Assembly: GCA_003215435.1 (NCBI GenBank)
Contig: QCKJ01000006.1
Location: 4,070-68,069, forward strand
From: Prochlorococcus sp. AG-409-M05
GTDB lineage: Bacteria > Cyanobacteriota > Cyanobacteriia > PCC-6307 > Cyanobiaceae
DNA length: 64,000 nucleotides
Direction of reading: 5' to 3'
Shown here: piece after piece, positions 50,222 to 60,596 of the stretch
How the letters are laid out: each line of letters starts with the position of its first letter
How positions within the stretch are numbered: position 1 is the stretch's first letter
Made by a program: the position numbers and the translations under genes
Notes under the pieces: generated by a model
The model's input: the letters and a program-made list of their open reading frames with translations, nothing else
The model's database searches: none
What the model was told of the DNA's origin: nothing

Positions 50222-51235
50222 ATGCGGATGCTACTAAAAATGAGAAACTTTAACAAGTTTATTGAATCGATTAAGGTTCTAAGATTGCTTGTTTTTAGCA
50301 TTGTTGAAGAATTAGGAATTAGACACCAGACTTATTCCTCATATAATTTACCCCTCTATGCACGCACAAATGGAAGAGTGCAAGAATTTATATTTAAACT
50401 CCTTTGTAAGGATAATAGCCATAACTACCAAAAATGCTTTGAGAAAGTCATAGATTCGTCAATGGACTTGTATCATTCATCCCTTATTGATAAACCTATA
50501 ACTCAGATTGAGTTAATAGAGTTGGTTTCTCACTATAGATCTTCAGGTTATGTATCACTTCCCTTCAGGTTAACTCCTAATCTGTTAACAGAAATAAGAA
50601 ACGAATGTTATCAACTCCCTTGTAATGCTATTAATTTAGGATCCTCTAAATCATTTAAATCAGTTTCTTCTGTTCCTGATAATTACGGGTCAAAGCTTAT
50701 TACTGATGACCTGTTAACTACACAGATACCAACAATGACAAAATTACTAAGTTCTGATTTCTTTTATCTTTTATCTAAACTATTAATGTCTTCTAAAAAA
50801 GCCTACCTTGGTGTTTGTCAGTTCTGGCTGTCTAACCCTTTAAATACTCCGGATACATACGCAGCTCAAAACTGGCATTGGGATTGCGATGGTATCGCTT
50901 GGGTTAAATATTTTTTAAACTTATCAGATATCGATATAGATTCGGGACCACACCAGGCAATACTGTCTACACATACACCTGGCGCCAAGAGTCAAGAATT
51001 ACTAGATCTTGGATTTTGTGGATGTGGAGGTGTAGAAATCACACTAGATATGATAAAACCTACTTTAGAAAACCATTCTGAACAGAAATTAGTTACTTTC
51101 TGCTCTGAAAAGGGTTCAATACTTGCCGGTGATACAAGATGCTGGCATAGGGGGATGCCACCAACCTCAAAGAAAAGAGAACTTATTGAACTCGTTTACT
51201 TTGGCCACACAGCAGGAATGGAAAAGATCCTTTAA
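50222..51235 (+). CDS. Putative Fe(II)/2-oxoglutarate dioxygenase, PhyH-like
   Basis: NWHWDCD is a WHxD facial-triad start. A distal block GSILAGDTRCWHRGMPPTS resembles the PhyH G-D..H-x-G..N/T-S tail. Confidence 0.45.
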   Translation: MRMLLKMRNFNKFIESIKVLRLLVFSIVEELGIRHQTYSSYNLPLYARTNGRVQEFIFKLLCKDNSHNYQKCFEKVIDSSMDLYHSSLIDKPITQIELIELVSHYRSSGYVSLPFRLTPNLLTEIRNECYQLPCNAINLGSSKSFKSVSSVPDNYGSKLITDDLLTTQIPTMTKLLSSDFFYLLSKLLMSSKKAYLGVCQFWLSNPLNTPDTYAAQNWHWDCDGIAWVKYFLNLSDIDIDSGPHQAILSTHTPGAKSQELLDLGFCGCGGVEITLDMIKPTLENHSEQKLVTFCSEKGSILAGDTRCWHRGMPPTSKKRELIELVYFGHTAGMEKIL

Positions 51236-51302
51236 AGTAAATTTTAGCTCTTCATCACTCACCAAAAAGTAGAATTCTTTATCTCATTAACCAATAATAT
51301 TA

Positions 51303-51950
51303 ATGTTTAAACCTATTCTTACAGATGAACAAAGAAGTAAGTTAGATGAATCAGATGATTGTTATTTTTACTCTAACCCTCGACTAGTACATCATCTTGA
51401 CGGACCTTTTAGACAAAGGTTAACATCTTTATATCAGGCTGAAATTCCAAAAGACTCTGTTGTACTAGACCTTATGAGTAGTTGGGTGAGTCATCTTCCC
51501 TCAAATGTAAGATATAAAAAAGTTATTGGACATGGCCTTAATGAAAAGGAACTAACGACAAATAAAAGGTTAGATAGTTATTGGATTCAGAACTTAAACA
51601 CTGATTTCAAGTTACCTTTAGAGGATAATAGTATAGATATCAGTTTAATTGTTGCAGGTTGGCAATATTTACAATATCCTGAATATATTTCATCTGAACT
51701 CTACAGAATAACGAATGCAAAAGGAAAACTAATTGTATCTTTCTCTAATCGTGCATTCTGGGACAAATCCCCAAAGATATGGTATGAAGGTGATAATAGA
51801 AAACATATAGAGTATGTAAAAAGTATTTTGTCTTCCCAAGGATGGTCAAATATTAGAGTTATTTATGAAAAGACTCCTTCGAATCCAATATTCAATTATC
51901 TAGGTATAACGGGTGACCCATTTATCTCCGTTATCGCTATGCGTAATTAA
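51303..51950 (+). CDS. Conserved methyltransferase-like protein (cyanobacteria/plant family)
   Basis: DDCYFYSNPRLVHHLDGPF...LTSLY..IPKDSVVLDLMSSWVSHLP matches a conserved class-I-MTase-like family as I recall it. Confidence 0.6.
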   Translation: MFKPILTDEQRSKLDESDDCYFYSNPRLVHHLDGPFRQRLTSLYQAEIPKDSVVLDLMSSWVSHLPSNVRYKKVIGHGLNEKELTTNKRLDSYWIQNLNTDFKLPLEDNSIDISLIVAGWQYLQYPEYISSELYRITNAKGKLIVSFSNRAFWDKSPKIWYEGDNRKHIEYVKSILSSQGWSNIRVIYEKTPSNPIFNYLGITGDPFISVIAMRN

Positions 51951-52072
51951 CTCCTCAAAAAACATCTTGTCTTGTTTCAAGTCACTACCCTATCCTACGT
52001 ATAAAAAACAGAATAATAACTACAGTAAGATATGTGGATAAGCACCTTCACCTTTTTCTATAAGAGTTTTAA

Positions 52073-52975
52073 ATGATGAACGACTTACTAAATAGCTCAT
52101 GGATAATTCCGATGACACCTTTATTAGCAGCAAGCTTTCTAGGTGTTCTTTTGCTTTGCTTTAATAAAACTATGAATAGGTTAAGCAAACCCGTAGGAGT
52201 GATTCTTTTTTCTAGTTTAGGAATATCAGCTGTTTTTAGCTTTTTTCTTGCATTAAAATCCAACCAAATTCAAACACAATATAACGACTTGTTTACTTAT
52301 GATATTGCTTTTTCATCAGCCAAATTACATGGAGGGCTTTTGATTGATGAGATTTCAATGAAAACTTCCTTTTTGGTGAGCGCATGCCTTTTTTTGCTTT
52401 TCTATATTTCACATAATTATATGTATCGTAAGAATAAATATGTTAAACATTTTATTCTTTTAGGCTTTTTTACTAGTTTTCTTTTGTCTTTTTTGTTTAG
52501 CTCTAGTCTTGAGCAATCGTTTCTACTCTATTTTTTAATTATTCTATTTACTTTTTTTATTCGAGATATATGGTCTTTTTCAGGCTCACGTGAGGAGAGC
52601 GAGAATAGACTTATTAAAAACTCAATTGAAATTGAGATAATCTCTCCATTAATAGGTATCCCTTTATTATATTTTTACTTACCAGTCCATACATATGTAG
52701 GTATCCTTTCGTCTGATGGCTTTAAATACTTAAATGAGACAGGGAATATAACCTTGGCTTTCTTTACTGTCGTGTTATTGTTCTTACCATTCTTTCTTAT
52801 TCCTAAATCTGCTTTTTCAATTCTTACTAACTCCCAGAAAATCAATAACTTAAGTCTTTCTACTTTGATTTCATTCACCGTCCTTATCAGCTATGGGGCT
52901 TTCCTATTTACATTGAAACCTGTGATTTCTGAGTTGTTGAAAACTTTATCTGGTTTAAGTATTAGCAATCTTTAA
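52073..52975 (+). CDS. Degenerate NdhF/NuoL-like membrane ORF (N-terminal portion only)
   Basis: It is collinear with the NdhF N-terminus: SSWIIPMTPLLAASFLGVLLLCFNKTMNRLSKP..LGISAVFSF, then LLIDEIS..FLV and YMYRKNKYVKHF..L..F.S. The FWELVG-type motif is lost and the protein ends at 300 aa, against roughly twice that length expected for full-length NdhF as I recall it. Confidence 0.55.
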   Translation: MMNDLLNSSWIIPMTPLLAASFLGVLLLCFNKTMNRLSKPVGVILFSSLGISAVFSFFLALKSNQIQTQYNDLFTYDIAFSSAKLHGGLLIDEISMKTSFLVSACLFLLFYISHNYMYRKNKYVKHFILLGFFTSFLLSFLFSSSLEQSFLLYFLIILFTFFIRDIWSFSGSREESENRLIKNSIEIEIISPLIGIPLLYFYLPVHTYVGILSSDGFKYLNETGNITLAFFTVVLLFLPFFLIPKSAFSILTNSQKINNLSLSTLISFTVLISYGAFLFTLKPVISELLKTLSGLSISNL

Positions 52976-53294
52976 AATACCTTTTATATTTGACTTTATA
53001 GCTGAAAATATTAAACTTTATGCCTTGTTAAATATCAGGTTTCTCTTTACTAGGTCTCTATGTTTACATGAGACAGCTTTTGCCAAATCTTTAGCAAGCT
53101 CTTCTTTAATTGCTCCCATTGCTTCGTCTATCCTAGATGCTGTACTTTTAGTCATCGAAACTGATTAATTAATCTTATTCATATTAACTGGCTTTTTTAT
53201 TTATGCATTTTCAAGCAAACAATTCAGTGTATGTCTTTACTTATTGTGGCACGATTAAAATTCAATAGTAATAAAATAATAATGAATATTCTGA

Positions 53295-53756
53295 TCAAAA
53301 ACAGAACCTTCTTAATGCATATTTAACAAGGCTTGGCCTGTCCTCCATCCAGTAGGCCTCGTATTCCTTAGCTCTATTCCCTGATAACTTTGTCGAATTT
53401 TCTAGCGCAGTATTTTTATTTGGGCTGAGTTTCATCTTGTTTATATTAACTAGATTTAGAGTTTTCCCATTATTACAAAACTGAGCGACATGAACAGCTT
53501 CGTGCCTCAGAGCCCTGTTGATATAAATGGGGGTCAGATCGTTTCTTCTATCAGGCACTCTTGGGTGTCTTCTACCTCCAATCTTTATTGCATTTTCGGT
53601 ACAAATTATTACAGTCTTATTTCTTTTATCAAGAAATCCAAAGTACCTTCTTCCAAGATTACATACTGATGCATTTTCTACTACAGAGAATCTAGCTTTA
53701 TAAATCAAATCAAGTATTTGTCTCCCCTCTGAAGTTAATAATGGTACAAATTCCAT
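53295..53756 (-). CDS. Hypothetical small protein with HExxH motif
   Basis: A 153-aa ORF in which LRHEAVHVAQ contains H-E-A-V-H. No other family signature was recognised. Confidence 0.4.
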   Translation of the reverse strand: MEFVPLLTSEGRQILDLIYKARFSVVENASVCNLGRRYFGFLDKRNKTVIICTENAIKIGGRRHPRVPDRRNDLTPIYINRALRHEAVHVAQFCNNGKTLNLVNINKMKLSPNKNTALENSTKLSGNRAKEYEAYWMEDRPSLVKYALRRFCF

Positions 53757-53905
53757 TTCTTTCTATGGCTTTTATTAGCGTACTATAATGTTTTTTATAA
53801 TAAATTGACTAGTCTATATATACAAACTCTAACCCTACATAAATATAAAATCAAATGAGCTTATACATTAACTATTCATTCATTAGGCTTTAAATGATAA
53901 GGGGG

Positions 53906-56242
53906 CTATTTAGGACTTGCTAGTGGAAGCAAGCATTTATCCGAATCACAACCTGCTGGGCCAGCTTCGCTCATTTCCCCCTTGTCATATTTGTAAAGTG
54001 CCTCAAAGAAATTGGTACAGGAGTTCCTTCCTTCCACCTCTTTCTTGAGTTTCTTATAAGTTTCAGCATTTATTGGCTCAAATGGTAAACGTGGAAATGT
54101 TGCATTTGCATCAAATCTTGCAAGTAAGGCTGCAGATATGTAGCCTTTCCCTTCCTCAATTGCCTTGTGGATGGCATCCGCTAGCAAGTCAATTTCATTC
54201 TCTCTGAACTCAATAGTTGCAGATGTGTTGTGATCAGTGTAGTTACTTTGAACTTGCATATAAAAGTCAAACTGAGCCAATGCGGAAAAGTTATTGATTT
54301 CCACTTTGTCGGCACCTGGCAGGTTTGCCCAGCTCACTTCGGTAGGAATTTCAACTAACCATTCAGTGCAGCGTTCGTCAAAGGGGTTGTCCAGTAGAAG
54401 GCCATTCTCATCTTTATCTGATTGAGATGGAACTACGTTATATCCATAGTCCATACAAGCTAGTGCTACGGGATCTTCCTTCCTGAATGTGATTCTTCGG
54501 ATAAATCTTTGTGCTTTTGGTGGATGCCACCCTGGAGCTGCCCCTGTAAGGAGACTTTTTGTTCCAGCAGGTTGGACTGTCGTACATCTGCTTGGTCTGC
54601 GAAGTTCGTGGCGATCGCAGTAATCCCAAACTGTTTGGTTGACAATATTTCTCCAACTTGATAGGTATTCAGACTCTTTTATCTTGAATTGTTTCCCCTC
54701 ATCTGTATCAGGCCTTCCGGCTTCCCACCATTTCAACCAGTCCGTTCCAAAAGCATGTACAAAGAAATCAAATAGTCCAGTAAAACTTACTCCAACTATT
54801 GGATCCCAAGCTCTACTTTGTCGATATCGTTCAACTTCGAAGCGATGGTTGAGTAGGCAAGCTACAGATAGTCCAGCAGCTTTAAAAGCATCTTCTTGGC
54901 TTTGCTTATCTTCTGGATCTATCTGATTTAAATGAACTTCGGCAAGATTGCAATGAAAATCAGCTCCAAGAATTTCACCGCAAGGATTTAATCCATATCT
55001 ACTGAGTCTATGTTCAAGTTCTTTTTCATCGATTGGACCATATTTCTCTTGAAGCCATCTACCAGCTTCTGCTTTTCCTTGGTAAGAGTATATTTCGATA
55101 AATTCCTTTTTAAGCTCATCAGTTTTTAGAAGATCACCGTTTGACCTTGCAATAGCTTCTGGTGCAAATTGAATAGCACCTTCGCCTGAATGGAATTGTT
55201 TTTTGACAGCATCTAACACATCTTTTTTTGATGGTTTTGTGTGATAAACACGCGTATGGTTTGCCATCCTGAGAGCATCTTTTTCAGGATCTATTCGCCA
55301 GTTACCTTTGTCATCTTGTTCCCAAAGGTTTTCTTTAGCGCCGAGAGCCGACAAATCATTTGCGGCGAATTGCCTCATGCCTGCACTTCTTCTAATGTTG
55401 CCTGCAACGATAGTTACTGCTGCTTCGTCAATTAATAGACAGCACTCCACTGAAGTTAAACGACGTCCAAGGGCTTTATTGAGGAGTCTAGTTATTCTTG
55501 GGTACAAGTCTTTTAGCTTTACAGGATTAGCCATACCACCAAACCCTTTGAGACTTTCACCTACTGGCCTTACATCTGAGAGGTCAATTTCTACATCTAT
55601 TGTCTTTCCTTCGAATGATACATCGCTGCTAAGCTGAAGAATTGATTGATAACTATCAACCCAACCTCTACGGCTATCACCAACTTTAATTATAACCTTA
55701 TTTCCTTCAACTGTTTGAGAGGTTTTTTCTTGACGATTTTGTGGATCAGTTAAACCAATATCACTAATAGTTTTGATTTCTATCTTGTTAGTAATTACTG
55801 GTAACTTTTTAATTAAATGGGGCTCAATAATTGCTCCTGTTCCACAACCCATCATTGCTAGATCCATCATTAAACCAAATGCTTCCCAGTCGATCAGATT
55901 TGTTGAAGTGCAGTTATAGGCCCCTGAGAAGTTTTCTTTCTTGTTGATCCATTCAGTCCCTCCTATCCAAAGCCACCTACCTGAAGGGAGAGCTTTTTTC
56001 TCTTTCTGCATTCTTGCCATTAGAGATACTTCTCTATCGTTTAATTTCCCAAGGGCCCTTAACCCTTCGAGGTTCCTCGTGCCGACTTCATCCCAGCTTT
56101 CTCTACAGCTATCTGTTTTCCTGCTATAGGTCCTATAAAAAACTGGATGAGCTGCAGGGGCTGATGAAGGGAAATCACCATGTCCATTGCTTGTAAGGAG
56201 CTCTTTCACAGTTATTTGGGTTCTACTAGGAGTAAGGGTCAC
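53906..56242 (-). CDS. nrdJ: Class II (adenosylcobalamin-dependent) ribonucleotide reductase
   Basis: A 778-aa protein with an N-terminal PVFYRTYSR, an NPCGEI active-site Cys block, TVQPAGT and a C-terminal Cys pair (GCDSDKC). The start is GTG. Confidence 0.93.
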   Translation of the reverse strand: MTLTPSRTQITVKELLTSNGHGDFPSSAPAAHPVFYRTYSRKTDSCRESWDEVGTRNLEGLRALGKLNDREVSLMARMQKEKKALPSGRWLWIGGTEWINKKENFSGAYNCTSTNLIDWEAFGLMMDLAMMGCGTGAIIEPHLIKKLPVITNKIEIKTISDIGLTDPQNRQEKTSQTVEGNKVIIKVGDSRRGWVDSYQSILQLSSDVSFEGKTIDVEIDLSDVRPVGESLKGFGGMANPVKLKDLYPRITRLLNKALGRRLTSVECCLLIDEAAVTIVAGNIRRSAGMRQFAANDLSALGAKENLWEQDDKGNWRIDPEKDALRMANHTRVYHTKPSKKDVLDAVKKQFHSGEGAIQFAPEAIARSNGDLLKTDELKKEFIEIYSYQGKAEAGRWLQEKYGPIDEKELEHRLSRYGLNPCGEILGADFHCNLAEVHLNQIDPEDKQSQEDAFKAAGLSVACLLNHRFEVERYRQSRAWDPIVGVSFTGLFDFFVHAFGTDWLKWWEAGRPDTDEGKQFKIKESEYLSSWRNIVNQTVWDYCDRHELRRPSRCTTVQPAGTKSLLTGAAPGWHPPKAQRFIRRITFRKEDPVALACMDYGYNVVPSQSDKDENGLLLDNPFDERCTEWLVEIPTEVSWANLPGADKVEINNFSALAQFDFYMQVQSNYTDHNTSATIEFRENEIDLLADAIHKAIEEGKGYISAALLARFDANATFPRLPFEPINAETYKKLKKEVEGRNSCTNFFEALYKYDKGEMSEAGPAGCDSDKCLLPLASPK

Positions 56243-56359
56243 AACTTAAGTAGGATTTGTAAGTAAAGGCACGCTAACGCCACAATTGGTGTCTGCAAGT
56301 TTTTGATACACCATCGACAGTGCCTCTCCATGGCCTTTAAGTAGCCTGCTTTCTCTGCA

Positions 56360-57049
56360 ATGAAACGAGTTCCAGAAAATGAACTAATGAATGAGCCTCA
56401 GCAAGTAAAGGTGTATTCAGAGGCTGATTTTTCTTGTTCTGACAACGCCTTTCTCCAAAATCTAGATGAATTTCTGCAGAGTGTTAACAAATCACCTGTT
56501 GAGGGAACCAGGATTGTTGATCTCGGTTGTGGGCCTGGAAATATTACTCACCTTCTTTCAAAAAGATGGCCCCTATCGTTAGTAAGAGGTATTGACGGCT
56601 CTGAAGCTATGTTAGATATTGCTAAATCAAGGCAAAATAATATTTGTTTAAATAACAAATCTATAAAATATGATTGCATTGATATTTCTCTTTTGGCCAA
56701 TAACACCAATTATATTGGACTTAATGCAGATGTAGTTGTAAGCAATAGTTTTCTACATCACTTACATGATCCTTCTTGCCTTTGGAAAGCGATTAGGAAA
56801 CTTCTAGTCCCAGGCTCATTTTTCTTTCATAGGGATTTACGAAGACCTTCCTCGACTAAAGAGGCTATTGAACTCCAGCAAAAACATCTCCCTAATGCGC
56901 CGTCGCTTTTGATTAGAGATTTTCTTGCATCTCTTCACGCTTCCTTTACGGTGTACGAAGTAAAAGAACAACTTCTATTAGAAAACTTTCAAAACTTCAA
57001 AGTACGAGAAGTCGAAGACAGGTACCTTGAAATTTATGGTTCTGTCTGA
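56360..57049 (+). CDS. Class I SAM-dependent methyltransferase
   Basis: It has motif I VDLGCGPGN and post-I/II blocks (GIDGSEAML, VVSNSFLHH). Confidence 0.8.
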   Translation: MKRVPENELMNEPQQVKVYSEADFSCSDNAFLQNLDEFLQSVNKSPVEGTRIVDLGCGPGNITHLLSKRWPLSLVRGIDGSEAMLDIAKSRQNNICLNNKSIKYDCIDISLLANNTNYIGLNADVVVSNSFLHHLHDPSCLWKAIRKLLVPGSFFFHRDLRRPSSTKEAIELQQKHLPNAPSLLIRDFLASLHASFTVYEVKEQLLLENFQNFKVREVEDRYLEIYGSV

Positions 57050-57096
57050 GACAAGAGCCGAACTTTAATCATTACAACTACAAATAAATAGAAAAA

Positions 57097-58758
57097 ATGA
57101 CATCATCTTTATCAAAATCTGAAACACCCTCAGGTGACGCATCTAATCGAAATATACTTGCAACAGAAGTTAGTCGCCGAAGGAATTTTGCAATAATTTC
57201 TCACCCTGATGCTGGTAAAACAACTCTCACTGAGAAACTTCTTCTTTATGGCGGTGCTATACAACAGGCTGGTGCAGTTAAAGCACGTGGAGAACAACGT
57301 AAGGTTACTTCTGATTGGATGGAACTAGAGAAGCAACGTGGCATCTCCATAACATCTACAGTTTTACAATTCAAATACTCTAATAATACTATTAATCTTT
57401 TAGATACCCCTGGGCACCAGGACTTCTCAGAAGACACATATCGGACTCTTTCTGCCGCAGATAACGCTGTCATGCTTGAGGATGCAGCAAAGGGTCTTGA
57501 GCCTCAAACACGAAAACTATTTGAAGTTTGTCGAATGCGAAAGATACCTATCTTTACCTTTATTAACAAGATGGATAGACCTTGTCAGGAGCCACTTTCT
57601 CTCTTAGATGAAATAGAAGCAGAACTAGGCCTTTCAACTTGGGCTGTAAATTGGCCAATAGGAAGTGGAGAGTTTTTTCGCGGTGTAATTGATCGAAGGA
57701 CTAAGGAAGTTCTTCTTTTCTCCAGAGCAGAGAGAGGTCAACAGGCTTCTGAGCTTAGGCTTAATTTGAGTGATCCAAAATTAAAAGAACTAGTTGAAAA
57801 TGACGCATTAGACAAAGCATTAGAGGAGCTAGAACTATTGGAGGAGGCGGGCTCAATTCTTGACGTCGAACTTGTACATGCGGGTGAGCTAACACCTGTA
57901 TTTTTTGGCTCGGCGATGACAAATTTTGGCGTTAGGTCTTTTTTGGATGCCTTTCTTGAAATGGCACAACAACCAGTTTCACGTAAAACTTCTCAAGGAA
58001 ATATAGACCCATTAGACCCTAATTTCAGTGGATTTGTTTTCAAACTACAGGCAAACATGGATCCAAGACATAGAGATAGAGTCGCCTTTATCCGTATATG
58101 TAGTGGATGTTTTCAGAAGGACATGACTGTCCATCATGCAAGAACTGGAAAAACAATAAGGCTATCAAGACCTCAAAAGATTTTTGGACAGGACAGATCC
58201 GTTGTTGACAATGCATACCCAGGTGACGTTATAGGTTTAAACAATCCAGGCATGTTCTCTATTGGAGATACCTTGTATACAGGACGTCACATAGAATATG
58301 AAGGAATTCCATGCTTTAGTCCTGAAATATTTAGCTGGTTACGTAATCCTAACCCTTCAAATTTCAAGAATTTTAGAAAAGGTATTAATCAGTTAAGGGA
58401 GGAGGGTGCAGTTCAGGTTTTATATGATGTTGACCAAAGCAAGAGAGACCCTATTCTTGCTGCCGTTGGTCAGTTACAGCTTGAGGTGGTTCAACATCGG
58501 TTGGAGAATGAGTATGGGGTTGAGACAAGACTTGAAGACCTAGGGTTTCAGGTAGCGAGATGGATCGACGGTGGTTGGACGGCCTTAGAAAAAATTGGAC
58601 GAATCTTTAATTGCAAAACAGTTAAGGACTCATGGTCTAGGCCAGTCCTTTTATTTAAAAATGAATGGAATTTAAATCAGCTAGTGGAGGATCACCCAGA
58701 ACTTGAGTTGAGTTCTGTGGCACCTGTAGTAAGTGGAGTAGAACCTCTCAGACTTTGA
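57097..58758 (+). CDS. prfC: Peptide chain release factor 3 (GTPase)
   Basis: It has G1 [10 protein letters not shown]3 DTPGHQDF, G4 NKMD and full-length RF3 collinearity. Confidence 0.96.
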   Translation: MTSSLSKSETPSGDASNRNILATEVSRRRNFAIISHPDAGKTTLTEKLLLYGGAIQQAGAVKARGEQRKVTSDWMELEKQRGISITSTVLQFKYSNNTINLLDTPGHQDFSEDTYRTLSAADNAVMLEDAAKGLEPQTRKLFEVCRMRKIPIFTFINKMDRPCQEPLSLLDEIEAELGLSTWAVNWPIGSGEFFRGVIDRRTKEVLLFSRAERGQQASELRLNLSDPKLKELVENDALDKALEELELLEEAGSILDVELVHAGELTPVFFGSAMTNFGVRSFLDAFLEMAQQPVSRKTSQGNIDPLDPNFSGFVFKLQANMDPRHRDRVAFIRICSGCFQKDMTVHHARTGKTIRLSRPQKIFGQDRSVVDNAYPGDVIGLNNPGMFSIGDTLYTGRHIEYEGIPCFSPEIFSWLRNPNPSNFKNFRKGINQLREEGAVQVLYDVDQSKRDPILAAVGQLQLEVVQHRLENEYGVETRLEDLGFQVARWIDGGWTALEKIGRIFNCKTVKDSWSRPVLLFKNEWNLNQLVEDHPELELSSVAPVVSGVEPLRL

Positions 58759-58917
58759 GATTAGTCAAATCATTTAAGTTCCAAAAAGAACATTTGTTCT
58801 TGCTTGCTTCTATTTTGTAAGAATGTAAATAGTCTTCTACAACAGATAATTTCTTTTCACGTTCCTATATAGCATTTTATTCTTTTCTATAGATCTCAAA
58901 GCATATAGCATATATCC

Positions 58918-59622
58918 ATGACTTCGGATATTAACTCAAGCCCTAACCCCGACTCTCAGGACCCCTATGTGCTTCTAGGGTTGACTCCTGGAGCTGGATT
59001 TGAAGAGGTACAGAAAGCTAAAGCTAAGCGCCTCCAAGAAGTGGGCGATAATGAGCAAGCTAAAGCGAAAATAGAAGCTTCTTACGATGCTGTCCTCATG
59101 ACGAGTTTAAAGGCTCGACAGCTTGGCAATGTGAGTAATGCAGCAATCAATGCTTCTCAGAGGGAGGAAAGTAATCTTAAATCAGGCTCTGGAATCAAGG
59201 CCTCTACTCAATCATTAATGTCTGGTATAGGTAGATTTGCTCCTTCCTTCTCAAGCTCTAACTCTCAATCTCAATCTCTGATTCCAGATATAGGTCTGCC
59301 AGAAGGACAAGGTTTGACAATAAGATTATTTATTGGACTGTCAGCATTATTGCTTTTAATATTTTCTCCAGCAGAAAGTGTCGAACTTATTCTTTCTTTA
59401 TCAACTATATTATTATTTATCAGTTTAATTAAGCGCGGAATTCGCCCTTTACAGTCTTTAGGTTGGAGTGTTGTTTCACTGTCTGTTGGACTTATAATTG
59501 GTGGTATAGTTCAAAGCAGCTTTGGTATTGAAATAGCACAATTCACTAATCTAGTAGGCGACCAAATTCAAGCCATACCAGCCATTATACTACTTTGGAT
59601 TTGCTCACTCTTCTTTTCATGA
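58918..59622 (+). CDS. J-like-domain membrane protein (CPP1/CDF1-like)
   Basis: An N-terminal DPYVLLGL..FEEVQKAK.. J-like helix without HPD, a Ser-rich linker, then 3-4 TM helices. Confidence 0.6.
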   Translation: MTSDINSSPNPDSQDPYVLLGLTPGAGFEEVQKAKAKRLQEVGDNEQAKAKIEASYDAVLMTSLKARQLGNVSNAAINASQREESNLKSGSGIKASTQSLMSGIGRFAPSFSSSNSQSQSLIPDIGLPEGQGLTIRLFIGLSALLLLIFSPAESVELILSLSTILLFISLIKRGIRPLQSLGWSVVSLSVGLIIGGIVQSSFGIEIAQFTNLVGDQIQAIPAIILLWICSLFFS

Positions 59623-59654
59623 TAGATATGCTACTAGTAGAAAGTGCTGAATTG

Positions 59655-60578
59655 TTAACACTCTTCGATTAATTTCTTCAATTCATCACTACCTACTATA
59701 TATATATTATTACAAAAGTGGCATCTTAGCTCCGCCTGTTTGTCCTTTTCAAGAATGTCAATTAGTTCATCCTTTTGCAAAAGTCTTAATGTGTTAATAC
59801 TTCTTTTTCTATTACATTGACAATAAAACCTTATAGGCATTATTGACTCTCTGAACTCTAATCTTTTAGGCACTAATTGTGGGAAAACTTCTTGAAGTAA
59901 TTTTGCTAGGTCACCTTTAGACTCTGCAAGTTTTTCTGAAAAATTATTTATATTCTTACAGTTTTTCTCTAATAGATTCACCAGGTTGCTCTCATTTGCT
60001 GCCTTTGGCATGATTTGTAAAAGTATTCCTCCTGAGCATACAATCCCAGATTTATTTATCTTTTCGCCAAGGAAGACAGCAGATGGTGTTTGCTCAGAGT
60101 GTAAAAGATATGAAGCCATGTCTTCGGCAATCCCTCCTCTAACAACTTCAACAGTGCTGCTATAAGGGTCTCCCTTCCCTTCGTCTCTAATCACATGCAG
60201 GTATCCTTTTCCTACTGCTGATTCGAAGTCAAAACAATAATCGCCATTTGTATTCTTTATCGGATCTAGTTCCAGACTTGGTTCTCCTACATATCCCCGA
60301 ACTGTCCCATCACGTCCTGCATCCACCATTAGTCCCCTTAGTGGTCCATCAGATGCAATCCTAAAGTTAACTCGACCATGCTTCACTTTCATTGAACTGG
60401 CCAACAAAAGAGCAGCGCTCATAGATCTACTAAGTAATGCTGTAGTTAGATAAGAAAGATCATGCCTTCGTCTGCTCTCTTGTGCTGCTTCAGTAATTGA
60501 AACAGCTACTAATCGAATACCTCCTTCCGCAGCAGTAGCTCTTAAAAGGTGGTCAGATATGACTTGGCTTGTAGGCAA
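59655..60578 (-). CDS. hslO: Redox-regulated chaperone Hsp33
   Basis: It has the Hsp33 core and the C-terminal zinc centre CQC..(28)..CHFC. The start is TTG. Confidence 0.93.
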   Translation of the reverse strand: MPTSQVISDHLLRATAAEGGIRLVAVSITEAAQESRRRHDLSYLTTALLSRSMSAALLLASSMKVKHGRVNFRIASDGPLRGLMVDAGRDGTVRGYVGEPSLELDPIKNTNGDYCFDFESAVGKGYLHVIRDEGKGDPYSSTVEVVRGGIAEDMASYLLHSEQTPSAVFLGEKINKSGIVCSGGILLQIMPKAANESNLVNLLEKNCKNINNFSEKLAESKGDLAKLLQEVFPQLVPKRLEFRESIMPIRFYCQCNRKRSINTLRLLQKDELIDILEKDKQAELRCHFCNNIYIVGSDELKKLIEEC

Positions 60579-60596
60579 ATTGATTTTGAATTTCCT

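Noticed and set aside
56243-56359. Looked for a cobalamin riboswitch or NrdR boxes in the nrdJ leader. ACACCAATTGTGG and a GGTGT..ACACC inverted repeat caught my eye.
   Set aside because: At 117 nt the leader is too short for a B12 riboswitch, and I saw no B12-box-like core. The near-palindrome deviates from the A/T-rich NrdR consensus as I recall it, and no tandem second box at the expected spacing was evident. A proper matrix scan is needed before claiming anything.
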